From Vulcanimicrobiota bacterium (GTDB lineage Bacteria > Vulcanimicrobiota > Vulcanimicrobiia > Eremiobacterales > Eremiobacteraceae): a stretch of 64,000 bases of DNA. The number at the start of each line of letters is the position of its first letter. Position 1 is the first letter of the stretch. The position numbers were made by a program, and so were the translations under genes. The stretch covers positions 96,001-160,000 of the forward strand of contig CAWDVP010000001.1 of assembly GCA_963805945.1 (NCBI GenBank). The letters are read 5' to 3'. Under the pieces are notes generated by a model. It did not search any database and was not told the DNA's origin. It saw nothing but the letters and a program-made list of their open reading frames with translations. Shown here piece after piece: positions 63,664 through 64,000 of this stretch.

Positions 63664-64000
63664 TTACGATCCGGGCGAGCCCGACGGCCGCGGCGCGGGC
63701 GGCGGTTGCTTGCCTGTCGCCGAGCGCGGGGTGTACAGCTCGGTGGGGATGGGCGCGCCGGTGTTGTGGAAGTGCAGCATCTCCGCCAGCTTGTTGGCCG
63801 CGACGATCATCTCTTGGTTGTACGCCTTGATGCGCGCCTTGAAGTAGTTGAAGAACACCACCGCGACGACCGCGACGATGAGGCCGGCGGCGGTCGTGAA
63901 GAGCGCGAGCGAGACGCCGGCCGCGACGACCGCGGGCGTCGAATTGCCCTTGAGCGCGATGTCTTGGAAGGCGCGGATGATGCCGAGCACCGTGCCGAAC
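63664..64000 (-). CDS. exbB: ExbB/TolQ/MotA proton channel (C-terminal part)
   Basis: FGTVLGIIRAF, GVSLALFTTAAGL. Confidence 0.88.
   Translation of the reverse strand, partial: FGTVLGIIRAFQDIALKGNSTPAVVAAGVSLALFTTAAGLIVAVVAVVFFNYFKARIKAYNQEMIVAANKLAEMLHFHNTGAPIPTELYTPRSATGKQPPPAPRPSGSPGS

Overview
This is a high-GC bacterial chromosomal window. The 16S sequence style, the Pro/Thr-rich secreted proteins and the several TonB/ExbD genes suggest Ca. Eremiobacterota (WPS-2) or a relative; this is inference, not checked. The left half holds envelope and accessory genes: pbpC, an alpha-2-macroglobulin lacking the thioester motif, mgsA, fumC, proline dehydrogenase, a GMC oxidase, a cupredoxin, glycosyltransferases and CARDB-like and propeller-repeat secreted proteins. 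The centre holds one minus-strand rRNA operon (16S, tRNA-less spacer, 23S, 5S). The right half is a minus-strand housekeeping run (exbB/exbD/tonB, uppP, moaC, mog, folC/P/B, accB/C, nusB, class A PBP, xseA/B, tlyA, nadK, recN). Main observations: (1) the 23S gene carries three ORF-less ~280-nt group I introns at E. coli-equivalent sites 1931, 2500 and 2593, two of them close sisters, plus a hairpin expansion near helix 54; (2) a dispersed GTAG/GGAG REP-like palindrome family, four copies of which lie inside protein-coding genes in the same frame and orientation; (3) small ORFs and gene remnants not resolved by the ORF track. Many genes show single-base frameshifts, most likely sequencing or assembly errors. 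All coordinates were read by eye.
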